From Eledone cirrhosa (lineage: Eukaryota): DNA of 64,000 nucleotides. The translations under genes and the position numbers were made by a program. This document shows positions 1-13,486 of the stretch, in pieces; positions within the stretch are counted from its first letter, which is position 1; every line of letters starts with the position of its first letter. The stretch is taken from contig OZ024741.1 in assembly GCA_964016885.1 (NCBI GenBank), positions 85,126,001 to 85,190,000 of the forward strand, given 5' to 3'. The notes beneath the pieces are model-generated. The model worked only from the letters and a program-made list of their open reading frames with translations. It ran no database searches and was not told the DNA's origin.

Positions 1-69
1 TTGAAATGCGCAGAATAAAATACAGGGAACTCTTTTAACCATCTTTTGATCTTATGTTATATATACATA

Positions 70-101
<32 letters not shown>

Positions 102-102
102 C

Positions 103-157
<55 letters not shown>

Positions 158-188
158 CATATATATATAACAGTCTGATTTATATGCA

Positions 189-224
<36 letters not shown>

Positions 225-235
225 CATATATATAC

Positions 236-290
<55 letters not shown>

Positions 291-297
291 CATATAG

Positions 298-344
<47 letters not shown>

Positions 345-381
345 CATATATATATATACATATATATACATATATATATAC

Positions 382-434
<53 letters not shown>

Positions 435-542
435 CATAAATGTAAGTATGTATGTATACGTACATACATATATGTATACAGACGTACAGTAGCATGTATA
501 TATATATATATATACATACAGGCACACATATATATATGTATA

Positions 543-656
<114 letters not shown>

Positions 657-707
657 CATATATACATATACATATATATATATACATATATATACATATA
701 CATATAC

Positions 708-756
<49 letters not shown>

Positions 757-990
757 CATAAATGTAAGTATGTATGTATACGTACATACATATATGTATA
801 CAGACGTACAGTAGCATGTATATATATATATATATATACATACAGGCACACATATATATAAGTACGTATCAGTTTACCGAACATTTATTATAATGTTCGC
901 TTTGTTCGTTTGTAAACAGACAGACAGCCTGATTTACGCCGTACAGTGTTCAGGCAACCACGTCACCTTTTTTTCAACACTGACACAGGA

Positions 991-1033
991 ACGATGTACT
1001 AGTTTCAAGCTTGTTAGCTATCGTCAGCACCGT
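991..1033 (-). ncRNA. Type I minimal hammerhead ribozyme (array unit 1)
   Basis: Minus strand reads acggtg-CTGACGA-tagc taacaa gctt-GAAA-ctag-TA-catcgt. Stem I acggtg/catcgt, stem II agc/gct, palindromic stem III ACTAGT, GUA cleavage triplet. Confidence 0.85.
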
Positions 1034-1444
1034 ATACCTTTCTGCCAGATGGTTGAACGTTCGAAAGTATATACTTTCCTTATGAAAATTAATGGCTGAG
1101 CAGCCTAATTTGCATATCGAGTGAGTTCAGTCGGCCAGGCGCACCTAAAACGATAAATGGAATAGAATGAAACGAAAATTCATTTCTCACTCTTAGTACG
1201 GCACTTACTTAAATGTAAGTATGTATGTATACGTACATACATATATGTATACAGACTTACAGTAGCATGTATATATATATATATATACATACATACAGGC
1301 ACACATATATATATGTACGTATCAGTTTACCGAACATTTATTATAATGTTCGCTTTGTTCGTTTGTAAACAAACGGACAGCCTGATTTACGCCGTACAGT
1401 GTTCAGGCAACAACGTCACCTTTTTGTTCAACACTGACACAGGA

Positions 1445-1487
1445 ACGATGTACTAGTTTCAAGCTTGTTAGCTATCTTCAGCACCGT
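1445..1487 (-). ncRNA. Type I hammerhead ribozyme (unit 2, CUGAAGA variant)
   Basis: Same as unit 1 except at the variable N7 position (C>A). Confidence 0.85.
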
Positions 1488-1725
1488 ATACCTTTCTGCC
1501 AGATGGTTGAACGTTCGAAAGTATATAATTTCCTTATGAAAATTAACGGCTGAGCAGCCTAATTTGCATATCGAGTGAGTTCAGTCGGCCAGGCGCACCG
1601 AAAACGATAAATGGAATAGAATGAAACGAAATTTCATTTCTCGCTCTTAGTACGGCACTTACTTAAATGTAAGTATGTATGTATACGTACATACATATAT
1701 GTATACAGACTTACAGTAGCATGTA

Positions 1726-1791
<66 letters not shown>

Positions 1792-1940
1792 CAGGCACAC
1801 ATATATATATGTACGTATCAGTTTACCGAACATTTATTATAATGTTCGCTTTGTTCGTTTGTAAACAAACGGACAGCCTGATTTACGCCGTACAGTGTTC
1901 AGGCAACCACGTCACCTTATTGTTCAACACTGACACAGGA

Positions 1941-1983
1941 ACGATGTACTAGTTTCTAGCTTGTTAGCTATCGTCAGCACCGT
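1941..1983 (-). ncRNA. Type I hammerhead ribozyme (unit 3)
   Basis: CTGACGA tagc taacaa gcta GAAA ctag TA; stem II fully paired (U10.1-A11.1). Confidence 0.87.
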
Positions 1984-2212
1984 ATACCTTTCTGCCAGAT
2001 GTTTGAACGTTCGAAAGTATATACTTTCCTTATGAAAATTAATGGCTGTGCAGCCTAATTTGCATATCGAGTGAGTTCAGTCGGCCAGGCGCACCGAAAA
2101 CAATAAATGGAATAGAATGAAACGAAATTTCATTTCTCACTCCTAGTGCGGCACTTACTTAAATGTAAGTATGTAAACGTACATACATATATGTATACAT
2201 ACTTACAGTAGC

Positions 2213-2307
<95 letters not shown>

Positions 2308-2454
2308 CAGGCACACATATATATGTACGTATCAGTTTACTGAACATTTATTATAATGTTCGCTTTGTTCGTTTGTAAACAAACGGACAGCCTGATTTAC
2401 GCCGTTCAGTGTTCAGGCAACCACGTCACCTTTTTGTTCAACACTGACACAGGA

Positions 2455-2497
2455 ACGATGTACTAGCTTCAAGCTTGTTAGCTATCGTCAGCACCGT
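2455..2497 (-). ncRNA. Hammerhead ribozyme (unit 4), A15.1G variant, probably impaired
   Basis: GAAG ctag TA instead of GAAA ctag TA. Confidence 0.7.
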
Positions 2498-2908
2498 ATA
2501 CCTTTCTGCCAGATGGTTGAACGTTCGAAAGTATATACTTTCCTTATGAAAATTAATGGCTGAGCAGCCTAATTTGCATATCGAGTGAGTTCAGTCGGCC
2601 AGGCGCACCGAAAACGATAAATGGAATAGAATGAAACGAAAATTCATTTCTCACTCTTAGTACGGCACTTACTTAAATGTAAGTATGTATGTATACGTAC
2701 ATACATATATGTATACAGACTTACAGTAGCATGTATATATATATATATATACATACATACAGGCACACATATATATATGTACGTATCAGTTTACCGAACA
2801 TTTATTATAATGTTCGCTTTGTTCGTTTGTAAACAAACGGACAGCCTGATTTACGCCGTACAGTGTTCAGGCAACAACGTCACCTTTTTGTTCAACACTG
2901 ACACAGGA

Positions 2909-2951
2909 ACGATGTACTAGTTTCAAGCTTGTTAGCTATCTTCAGCACCGT
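2909..2951 (-). ncRNA. Type I hammerhead ribozyme (unit 5, CUGAAGA variant)
   Basis: Identical to the unit 2 motif. Confidence 0.85.
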
Positions 2952-3189
2952 ATACCTTTCTGCCAGATGGTTGAACGTTCGAAAGTATATAATTTCCTTA
3001 TGAAAATTAACGGCTGAGCAGCCTAATTTGCATATCGAGTGAGTTCAGTCGGCCAGGCGCACCGAAAACGATAAATGGAATAGAATGAAACGAAATTTCA
3101 TTTCTCGCTCTTAGTACGGCACTTACTTAAATGTAAGTATGTATGTATACGTACATACATATATGTATACAGACTTACAGTAGCATGTA

Positions 3190-3281
<92 letters not shown>

Positions 3282-3430
3282 CAGGCACACATATATATAT
3301 GTACGTATCAGTTTACCGAACATTTATTATAATGTTCGCTTTGTTCGTTTGTAAACAAACGGACAGCCTGATTTACGCCGTACAGTGTTCAGGCAACCAC
3401 GTCACCTTATTGTTCAACACTGACACAGGA

Positions 3431-3473
3431 ACGATGTACTAGTTTCTAGCTTGTTAGCTATCGTCAGCACCGT
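3431..3473 (-). ncRNA. Type I hammerhead ribozyme (unit 6)
   Basis: Identical to the unit 3 motif. Confidence 0.87.
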
Positions 3474-3702
3474 ATACCTTTCTGCCAGATGTTTGAACGT
3501 TCGAAAGTATATACTTTCCTTATGAAAATTAATGGCTGTGCAGCCTAATTTGCATATCGAGTGAGTTCAGTCGGCCAGGCGCACCGAAAACAATAAATGG
3601 AATAGAATGAAACGAAATTTCATTTCTCACTCCTAGTGCGGCACTTACTTAAATGTAAGTATGTAAACGTACATACATATATGTATACATACTTACAGTA
3701 GC

Positions 3703-3857
<155 letters not shown>

Positions 3858-4004
3858 CAGGCACACATATATATGTACGTATCAGTTTACTGAACATTTA
3901 TTATAATGTTCGCTTTGTTCGTTTGTAAACAAACGGACAGCCTGATTTACGCCGTTCAGTGTTCAGGCAACCACGTCACCTTTTTGTTCAACACTGACAC
4001 AGGA

Positions 4005-4047
4005 ACGATGTACTAGCTTCAAGCTTGTTAGCTATCGTCAGCACCGT
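4005..4047 (-). ncRNA. Hammerhead ribozyme (unit 7), A15.1G variant
   Basis: Identical to the unit 4 motif. Confidence 0.7.
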
Positions 4048-4280
4048 ATACCTTTCTGCCAGATGGTTGAACGTTCGAAAGTATATACTTTCCTTATGAA
4101 AATTAACGGCTGAGCAACCTCATTTGCATATCGAGTGAGTTCAGTCGGCCAGGCGCACCGAAAACGATAAATGGAATAGAATGAAACGAAATTTCATTTC
4201 TCACTCTTAGTACTGTACTTACTTAAATGTAAGTATGTATGTATACGTACATACATATATGTATACAGACGTACAGTAGC

Positions 4281-4323
<43 letters not shown>

Positions 4324-4472
4324 CAGGCACACATATATATATGTACGTATCAGTTTACCGAACATTTATTATAATGTTCGGTTTGTTCGTTTGTAAACAA
4401 ACGGACAGTCTGATTTACGCCGTACAGTGTTCAGGCAACCACGTCACCTTTTTGTTCAACACTGACACAGGA

Positions 4473-4515
4473 ACGATGTACTAGTTTCAAGCTTGTTAGC
4501 TATCGTCAGCACCGT
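4473..4515 (-). ncRNA. Type I hammerhead ribozyme (unit 8)
   Basis: Identical to the unit 1 motif. Confidence 0.85.
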
Positions 4516-4748
4516 ATAGCTTTCTGCCAGATGGTTGAACGTTCTAAAGTATATACTTTCCTTATGAAAATTAACGGCTGAACAGCCTAATTTGCATATC
4601 GAGTGAGTTCAGTCGGCCAGACGCAACGAAAACGATAAATGGAATAGAATGAAACGAAATTTCATTTCTCACTCTTAGTACGGCACTTACTTAAATGTAA
4701 GTATGTATGTATACGTACATACATATATGTATACAGACGTACAGTAGC

Positions 4749-4840
<92 letters not shown>

Positions 4841-4844
<4 letters not shown>

Positions 4845-5937
4845 ATGTCACCTTCAACCTTAATAACGGTAATATAGAGCCATTTCACAAACTTAATGCA
4901 AATCTCAAGTACGTTAATGTAAAATCGAACCATCCCCACTCCATTATTAAATCTATCCCCAAAAATATATCCATAAGGATCTCCCGACTGTCGTCTAATT
5001 TGCAGACCTTCAACGAGCATGCTGAATATTATAATGACGCACTTAGAAAAGCTGGTTACTGCGAGAAAATAGAATATCTAGACGATAACGACATAAGTAC
5101 TATGAATAAAACACATCTAAGTCGAACTAGTATTGCACCACACACCCACATCAATAGGCATACTAATAGGTGCAAACCAGCAAATAGAGTCAGACGTAGA
5201 GAGTACATATGGTATAACCCCGTGTACAATATTTCTATTAGCACTAAGATTATCCCACAATCCTATACACTAATCAATAAACACTTTACAACTTCACATA
5301 AATACTATAAAATCTTTAACTCGCTTACCATTAGACTCTCATACTCCACTGCACCTAACATAGAACAACTAATTAAAAAACTCAACTCAGCAATACTAAA
5401 TAAGTACATCCCTAATGACTCAGCGCACCAGCATAGCAACATACAATGCCCTAACACGCAACTACAACCCCACCAAACGATCCAGGATACTACTGCAAAA
5501 CATAAAAATAATTGTAACTGCACCAAACCAGGTACGTGCCCACTGAATAACCAGTGCCTAGCACGCAATATTGTCTACCTATGTACAATAAATTCCGGAA
5601 CCAACAAATGGTATTACGTCGGATGTACCGCAACTTCTTTCAAAGCTCGCCTATACCAACATCGATCTTCGATCAGGCACGAAAAAATGCGCTCCGTAAC
5701 AACCCTCGCCGATAAAGCCTGGCAGCTCCGGAGGATCAATCAAGCATTCTCCCTGGATTGGCAAATTATAGCAGTGCGCCTGCATATAAGCAAAATCATC
5801 GATTCTGTAAATTATGCAATATGGAGATATACTGCATTTTAACGTCGGTAAACAAACTTTTGAACAGCAAAATTGAACGTTCACTGTACTGTAACCATCG
5901 TTTGAAAACGACTTTTTCTTTTTTTAAATGCATATAA
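4841..5937 (+). pseudogene. PLE ORF C-terminal part: RT thumb, CxCx5C motif, GIY-YIG endonuclease (frameshift near 5775)
   Basis: DVTFNL..PFHK..SNHP..IIKSIP..RISRLSS; WYNP; IRLSYST.PN; CNCTKPGTCP; NIVYLCTI..YYVGCTATSFKARLYQH. Shifted frame continues RFCKLCNME..LLNSKIE..YCNHR. Confidence 0.88.
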
Positions 5938-6347
5938 TGTTACCTTTTTACACCACCGTTTGCAAATTTCTGTTTTATATGTTTATACACAGGATATGGC
6001 TTTCTATAATAATAGTACTAAACACTGATTTCTGGACCCCTTTAGAAATAACCTGCTACTATAATAGCCCCAATAACTTGTCTGTAACTCTGTACCACTT
6101 TGACCCCTTTAACTAAATTTTGTCCAAACAACACCACTAGAAGAATTTACTTCCCCCACCAACCCTAACACGCCTCATTAAGCTAACTGCTGCCAAAACA
6201 ATCTCTCCTTACAATCTCTACTAGTCTGACAGTCTTAAATCCTAGGACTCCCTCCCCCTTACTCACTTCCCTCTTCTCCTTCTCTTCCTACCTCCTTCTT
6301 TCTCTTTTATCTAGTGTATAAAATATTTTCATATCATTCCAATACAA

Positions 6348-6464
6348 AGGTCTGACGACATGGTGTATTTGCTTACAGTGTACCTTCGGTTTATGATAAT
6401 ATTTTTATATTATTCAAATAGCGAGGTATAGGTAACCCATACACTATAGAAACAATTGTTACCT
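6348..6464 (+). ncRNA. Type I hammerhead ribozyme with extended stem II in PLE 3' end
   Basis: aggt-CTGACGA-c atggtgtat...atacactat a-GAAA-caattg-TT-acct. Palindromic stem III, GUU triplet, followed by aataaa. Confidence 0.8.
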
Positions 6465-6502
6465 AATAAATTCTTTATACCCGCATTTCCATTTCATAAA
6501 CT

Positions 6503-6536
<34 letters not shown>

Positions 6537-6583
6537 CATACAGGCACACATTTCGAACGTTCAACCATCTGGCAGAAAGGTAT

Positions 6584-6626
6584 ACGGTGCTGGCGATAGC
6601 TAACAAGCTTGAAACTAGTACATCGT
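6584..6626 (+). ncRNA. Hammerhead motif with A6G core mutation (likely inactive)
   Basis: acggtg-CTGGCGA-tagctaacaagctt-GAAA-ctag-TA-catcgt. Confidence 0.65.
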
Positions 6627-7047
6627 TCCTGCGTCAGTGTTGAACAAAAAGGTGACGTGGTTGCCTGAACACTGTACGGCGTAAATCAGGCTGTCCGTTT
6701 GTTTACAAACGAACAAAGCGAACATTATAATAAATGTTCGGTAAACTGATACGTACATATATATATGTTTCCCTGTATGTATGTATATATATATATATAT
6801 ATATAGATATACATGCTACTGTATGTTTGTATACATATATGTATGTACGTATACATACATATTTACATTTAAGTAAGTGCTGTATTAATAGTGAGAAATG
6901 AATTTTCGTTTCATTCTATTCCATTTATCGTTTTCGGTGCGCCTGGCCGACTGAACTCACTCGATATGCAAATTAGGCTGCTCAGCCGTTAATTTTCATA
7001 AGGAAAGTATATACTTTCGGACGTTCAACCATCTGGCAGAAAGGTAT

Positions 7048-7090
7048 ACGGTGCTGACGATAGCTAACAAGCTTGAAACTAGTACATCGT
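7048..7090 (+). ncRNA. Type I hammerhead ribozyme (inverted array unit)
   Basis: acggtg-CTGACGA-tagctaacaagctt-GAAA-ctag-TA-catcgt. Confidence 0.85.
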
Positions 7091-7239
7091 TCCTGTGTCA
7101 GTGTTGAACAAAAAGGTGACGTGGTTGCCTGAACACTGTACGGCGTAAATCAGGCTGTCCGTTTGTTTACAAACGAACAAAGCGAACATTATAATAAATG
7201 TTCGGTAAACTGATACATACATATATATATGTGTGCCTG

Positions 7240-7288
<49 letters not shown>

Positions 7289-7405
7289 GCTACTGTACGT
7301 CTGTATACATATATGTATGTACGTATACATACATACTTATATTTAAGTGCCGTACTAAGAGTGAGAAGTGAAATTTCGTTTCATTCTATTCCATTTATAT
7401 ATACA

Positions 7406-7497
<92 letters not shown>

Positions 7498-7519
7498 CAT
7501 ATATACATATATATATACG

Positions 7520-7561
<42 letters not shown>

Positions 7562-7713
7562 CGTATATATATATATGTATATATATATATACGTATATAT
7601 ATATATATATGTATATATATACATATATATATATATGTATATATATACATATATATATATATATGTATATATATATATTCATATATATATATATACGTAT
7701 ATATATATATGTA

Positions 7714-7764
<51 letters not shown>

Positions 7765-7765
7765 G

Positions 7766-7799
<34 letters not shown>

Positions 7800-7801
7800 C
7801 G

Positions 7802-7877
<76 letters not shown>

Positions 7878-7879
7878 CG

Positions 7880-7919
<40 letters not shown>

Positions 7920-7922
7920 TAC

Positions 7923-7957
<35 letters not shown>

Positions 7958-7972
7958 CGTATATATATATAT

Positions 7973-8003
<31 letters not shown>

Positions 8004-8005
8004 CG

Positions 8006-8097
<92 letters not shown>

Positions 8098-8295
8098 TCG
8101 AGATAACATTTTGGTCGTTTTATCTGCTGCTATTTCTAGTGGCAGGACATTGCCCTTTCCGCCCTTGCCTTCTATCTTTACAAACGGCACTAGACAAGAT
8201 TGTTTCTTCATCATACAATCTCACCCGGGAACAGTTCTGTATGGCGCCAGTTCGTGATTTGAACTCGGGAATTTTATATTCTCCGAGTGAGAAGA

Positions 8296-8379
8296 ACCCT
8301 CTGAAGAAAGTCTTCTTCTCAATGGATTTCCGCATGGAATATCCATTTATTTTGAGACTTGAAACCGCGCGGTAAGAGT
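8296..8379 (+). ncRNA. Type I hammerhead ribozyme with long stem II
   Basis: accct-CTGAAGA-aagtct..aatggat ttcc gcat ggaa t atccatt..agactt-GAAA-ccgcgcgg-TA-agagt. Palindromic stem III, GUA triplet, one stem I mismatch. Confidence 0.8.
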
Positions 8380-8450
8380 AAATATAATAGGTACAGTAAA
8401 CTTTTAAAAATTTATTTTAAAACTTTTTCTTTATTTGCTAAATCTTGATT

Positions 8451-8553
<103 letters not shown>

Positions 8554-8574
8554 AAAGAAAGAGAGAGAGAGAAA

Positions 8575-8673
8575 CAGGGTGTCCAAAAAACGATTACAGA
8601 CTTTGATTACCTGTACAAGTATTATTTATTAGAATGCTGTTGACATGTGTATATATGTTTTTGGGGACACCCA

Positions 8674-8674
<1 letters not shown>
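8575..8674. mobile_element. Small Tc1/mariner-type MITE remnant
   Basis: Imperfect TIRs cagggtgtccaaaaaac / gtttttggggacacccag with TA on the right flank. Confidence 0.5.
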
Positions 8675-8710
<36 letters not shown>

Positions 8711-8711
<1 letters not shown>

Positions 8712-9331
8712 GAAAGCATATTTGAGCTCCTTCATGGTATAATATGAATGAAATAATATTTTTATTTTAATCCATTTTTTTATAATGTTGCTAGTCTCTT
8801 TTAGTTAATTAAATTAATTTCAGGCTGAGTTCTTAAATTTTTTGAGTATATTGTAAGCTATTTTTAGTTTCATATGTCTTCTCATTAATAGCTATTTAAC
8901 TTTATACTGAATAGCTATAACTAGAATATTGCGTTTTCCTTTTAACTCTAATGGTTGTCAAGTCAAGAAGTTATTCTCAACTCGGAAAAATTCATTAGAA
9001 TTCTTCTTGAAATGGTTATTAATTAGTATATTTGAAGACTAGTCCAGTGAAGAAGCATTTAGTGTCAACTGGTTAATTAATTAAATATATTAATTAGCTA
9101 GGATCATAAGAATGGGGAAACCGTGGTATGGACAATTATGCAGGTAAAATTATATATTTCCCTTAAATATATTTCTTTGATTGCTATTTTCTTAATCTTA
9201 ATTGTAATATACTTAGTATTGTACCTGAATAATATGAATAATGATGCTGTGCAAAATACAGATTTTAGCCTGTGTGAAGCATATTTGAGCTGTTTCATGA
9301 TATAATATTTATTTCAATCCATTTTTATAAT
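8711..9331 (+). mobile_element. Non-autonomous HHR-bearing unit with terminal direct repeat
   Basis: gaa(a)gcatatttgagct...ttcatg.tataat...aatccattttt.ataat at 8712 and 9276. Central HHR-like motif at 9042-9133. Confidence 0.6.
9042..9133 (+). ncRNA. Degenerate hammerhead motif (C3G)
   Basis: gtcca-GTGAAGA-...-GAAA-ccgtgg-TA-tggac; perfect 5-bp stem I. Confidence 0.6.
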
Positions 9332-9401
<70 letters not shown>

Positions 9402-9504
9402 TAAAATAACAGATTAAATATTTGATCTACGGTTCTTATATATTTTATATATATTTATCCTTATCGAGCCCTCTTTGGATTTTAGTCTTCAAATTTATTA
9501 TTAT

Positions 9505-9535
<31 letters not shown>

Positions 9536-9544
9536 ACATATTAA

Positions 9545-9595
9545 AGTTTAAGCAAAGAATCACTGCTTTCACCCTTAACGGGATCTTCTGAAACT
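9545..9595 (-). ncRNA. Hammerhead motif, U4A variant
   Basis: agttt-CAGAAGA-t ccc gttaa ggg t-GAAA-gcag tgattct ttgc-TT-aaact. Homologue at 41523-41573. Confidence 0.6.
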
Positions 9596-9965
9596 ATCAT
9601 TTAAAAAATCAATCTGTGGACGCAGAAGTAAATATTTCGAAAAAGATTGCAACCGTAGGAAAACAGGATAGACGATACTTTGGTTTGCGAAGACGTTCCC
9701 TGGCAAAGAACGGAAAAAAAGCGAGGATAATTATGTCGTTATGTGGAACGAAGAGAACAATTATACGCAAAGACAAAAACGCGTGTATGGTATAAATGGA
9801 ATCATTAGACTAAAATTCTATTTATAATAACCGAATGGTTCTCAGCTACGGAGTTTAAGAATAATGTAAATAAAGTTGTTAAACGAAAATGACAGAGGTT
9901 TGTTCTACGGTTTATATATATTTATATATATATTAGTTATGTAATAAACAACATAAGATAATTGT

Positions 9966-10026
9966 TTCATTTACCAGTGGTTTCTGGAAAGCAGATGTCG
10001 TATCTCTTTTCAGTCGTCAGAATGAA
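9966..10026 (-). ncRNA. Type I hammerhead ribozyme
   Basis: ttcatt-CTGACGA-ctgaaaag..ctttcca-GAAA-ccactgg-TA-aatgaa. A rearranged inverted copy lies at 13925-13978. Confidence 0.78.
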
Positions 10027-10506
10027 TAAAGAACATGGTGTTTTTATTAAATATGGATTTGAAAACAAAATTTAAGAAATCTGAAAGTGAGGCTGAGAAA
10101 AGAGCGGGTGAAGAAGAAGAGGGGAAAAGAATATAGAAATATATATATATATATATAAACAATAACGCCTTCTATCACGCCTTCCACTCACCACGAATAT
10201 TATTACCTTATGAACTCATACTTTCTACCCATATATACTTTTTCTCCCTCATCTCCTTCTATATATCTCTTTATTTTTTATCTTTTTCCTTTTATTTTTA
10301 TCAAAAATATTTTTTCAGTTGACTTATAATCCCCCCTACGTTCTACCTTACCTTTTAAACATACACACCAACTACCTTTATCCTTTACTCAGTTCACTTT
10401 TTAACCAGATACTCTTACCTAGATCTCTTCACAAACCTTTTACAACACTTTTTTCCCTTACCTGTTCTTAATAATTGTTTATTATTTTATTTCAATTTCA
10501 ATTCAA

Positions 10507-10700
10507 TAGCGGTGGATTGGCAGTATTGTTAGAGGGTCGGACGCCATGCTTTGCAACATGGAGTTACGGGCCTTTACTATCTGAGTTCAAATCCCGCTGA
10601 GGTTAACTTTGTCTTTCATCCTTACGAGGTCGATAAAATAAAGTACCAGTAATGCACTGGAATAATTGCTGGCCTTGTGCCAAAAGTAGAAACAATTATT
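10507..10700 (+). mobile_element. tRNA-derived SINE, family 1 (octopus-type)
   Basis: A-box-like tggcagtattgttag, B-box gagttcaaatccc, body ctttcatccttacgaggtcgataaaataaagtaccag, tail ggccttgtgccaaaagtagaaacaattatt. Confidence 0.85.
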
Positions 10701-10847
10701 TTATTTCAATTTTACTCCCCTTTAGTCCTTACTTACCCACTAGGTTTTTTTTAATGTACTCACATAGGGTTGTGTGCGGGCGCATATGCAGACAGGCTTA
10801 TTTATAGTATTTTGATTATTTATTTGTATGTGTGTGTGTATGTGTGC

Positions 10848-10925
<78 letters not shown>

Positions 10926-10940
10926 ATGTGTATGTATGTA

Positions 10941-12284
<1,344 letters not shown>

Positions 12285-12295
12285 ATATCTATATG

Positions 12296-12360
<65 letters not shown>

Positions 12361-12737
12361 ATGTGTTTGTGTATATATATATGTGTGTGTGTTTATTTAT
12401 GTTTATATTATATTTATATATGGTTATATGCATGTCTTTACGTATATATTTGTGTGTATGCGGTTGTATATATGCTTTTGTATATATGGGTTTTTTGTGT
12501 GTATGGATTTACGTATGGTTTTTTGTATGCGTGTTTTGATTTGTTATTACGTGCGTGTGCGCACACGCATTTGTATACGTATGTACGTAGGTTATGAACC
12601 AATGCTCTTTATTGTAGGGTTTTTTGTATATGTATGTGGATGTGTGTGTATATTTGTCTGTATGCATGTTTATATATGCGTGTGTATTTGTGCACGCATG
12701 TTTATGTGGATGTGTACGTATGTTTATTTTATATTTT

Positions 12738-12781
<44 letters not shown>

Positions 12782-12855
12782 CATATGTGTATGTGTTTTT
12801 ATACGTGTGTATGAGTGTTTATGCATGTTTATGTGCGTGCGCGTGTGTATGTATG

Positions 12856-12894
<39 letters not shown>

Positions 12895-12897
<3 letters not shown>

Positions 12898-13442
12898 CGG
12901 GTCGTTGGCGACTAAACTGGCAACCCCACCAACGTTTCTTGGTGAGGAGGGTGACTTTGGACATCCTGCAGGACTAAAAGCAAAACCTGTCAAAGGGCAA
13001 AGGAGCTCTTAAGCGTCAATGGCCATCCAAAATCACCGGGAGAGATGACCCCTTAGCCTTTGTCAAGGCAGAATTCTAGGAGAAGGGAAACTCTGATATA
13101 ACACCTGCAACTCTGATGGTATCCAATGATGTTGACTTGTTCTTCTTTTTGGTAAATATCATCTTGGTTAAGAGAGTGGGACTGGCTTTGTGCAGTGCCT
13201 TTGCTCACTATAAAAGCTTCACAGCACAGGCATTTCTTTATATCTGGAGATCTCTCTGCACTTGTCGTCACATGGTACCATGGGCCCAGCACTATGTGTC
13301 AATAATTGTCACAAGTGTAGTGTTTGTACCAGAGTTTTCAAGTCGCGTGCTGGACTAAACAGTCACACTTGTTCAGCGCATCGGTAGGTGTTCTCCTACA
13401 TGGATATAAAGTAGTGGCCGTACTCGAAAACGAGTTGGCAGC

Positions 13443-13446
<4 letters not shown>
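12895..13446 (+). mobile_element. Bipartite non-autonomous RTE-derived retroposon (family B)
   Basis: RTE 5'UTR-like ctaggagaagg.aaactctga fused to an RTE 3' end encoding a C2H2 remnant (intact in sister copies as [22 protein letters not shown]), ending tggccgtactcgaaaacgagttggcagc. Five copies in the window. Confidence 0.75.

Positions 13447-13486
<40 letters not shown>

Larger units (their letters stand above)
4841..6510 (+). mobile_element. 5'-truncated Penelope-like element (Naiad-like) inserted in a (TA)n tract
   Basis: RT thumb plus GIY-YIG ORF remnant, then a 3' UTR with an HHR and AATAAA. Flanked by (TA)n of an array unit, whose sequence resumes (catacaggcacac) at ~6537. Confidence 0.9.
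6552..7397 (+). repeat. Inverted continuation of the tandem array (~1.8 units)
   Basis: Reverse complement of the array unit, starting abruptly after caggcacacat at 6551. Confidence 0.93.

Noticed and set aside
13053-13358. Recurrent 79-80 aa ORFs (MLGPWYHV.., MVSNDVDL..) seen several times
   Set aside because: They recur only because family B retroposon copies are similar; they are not a host gene family.
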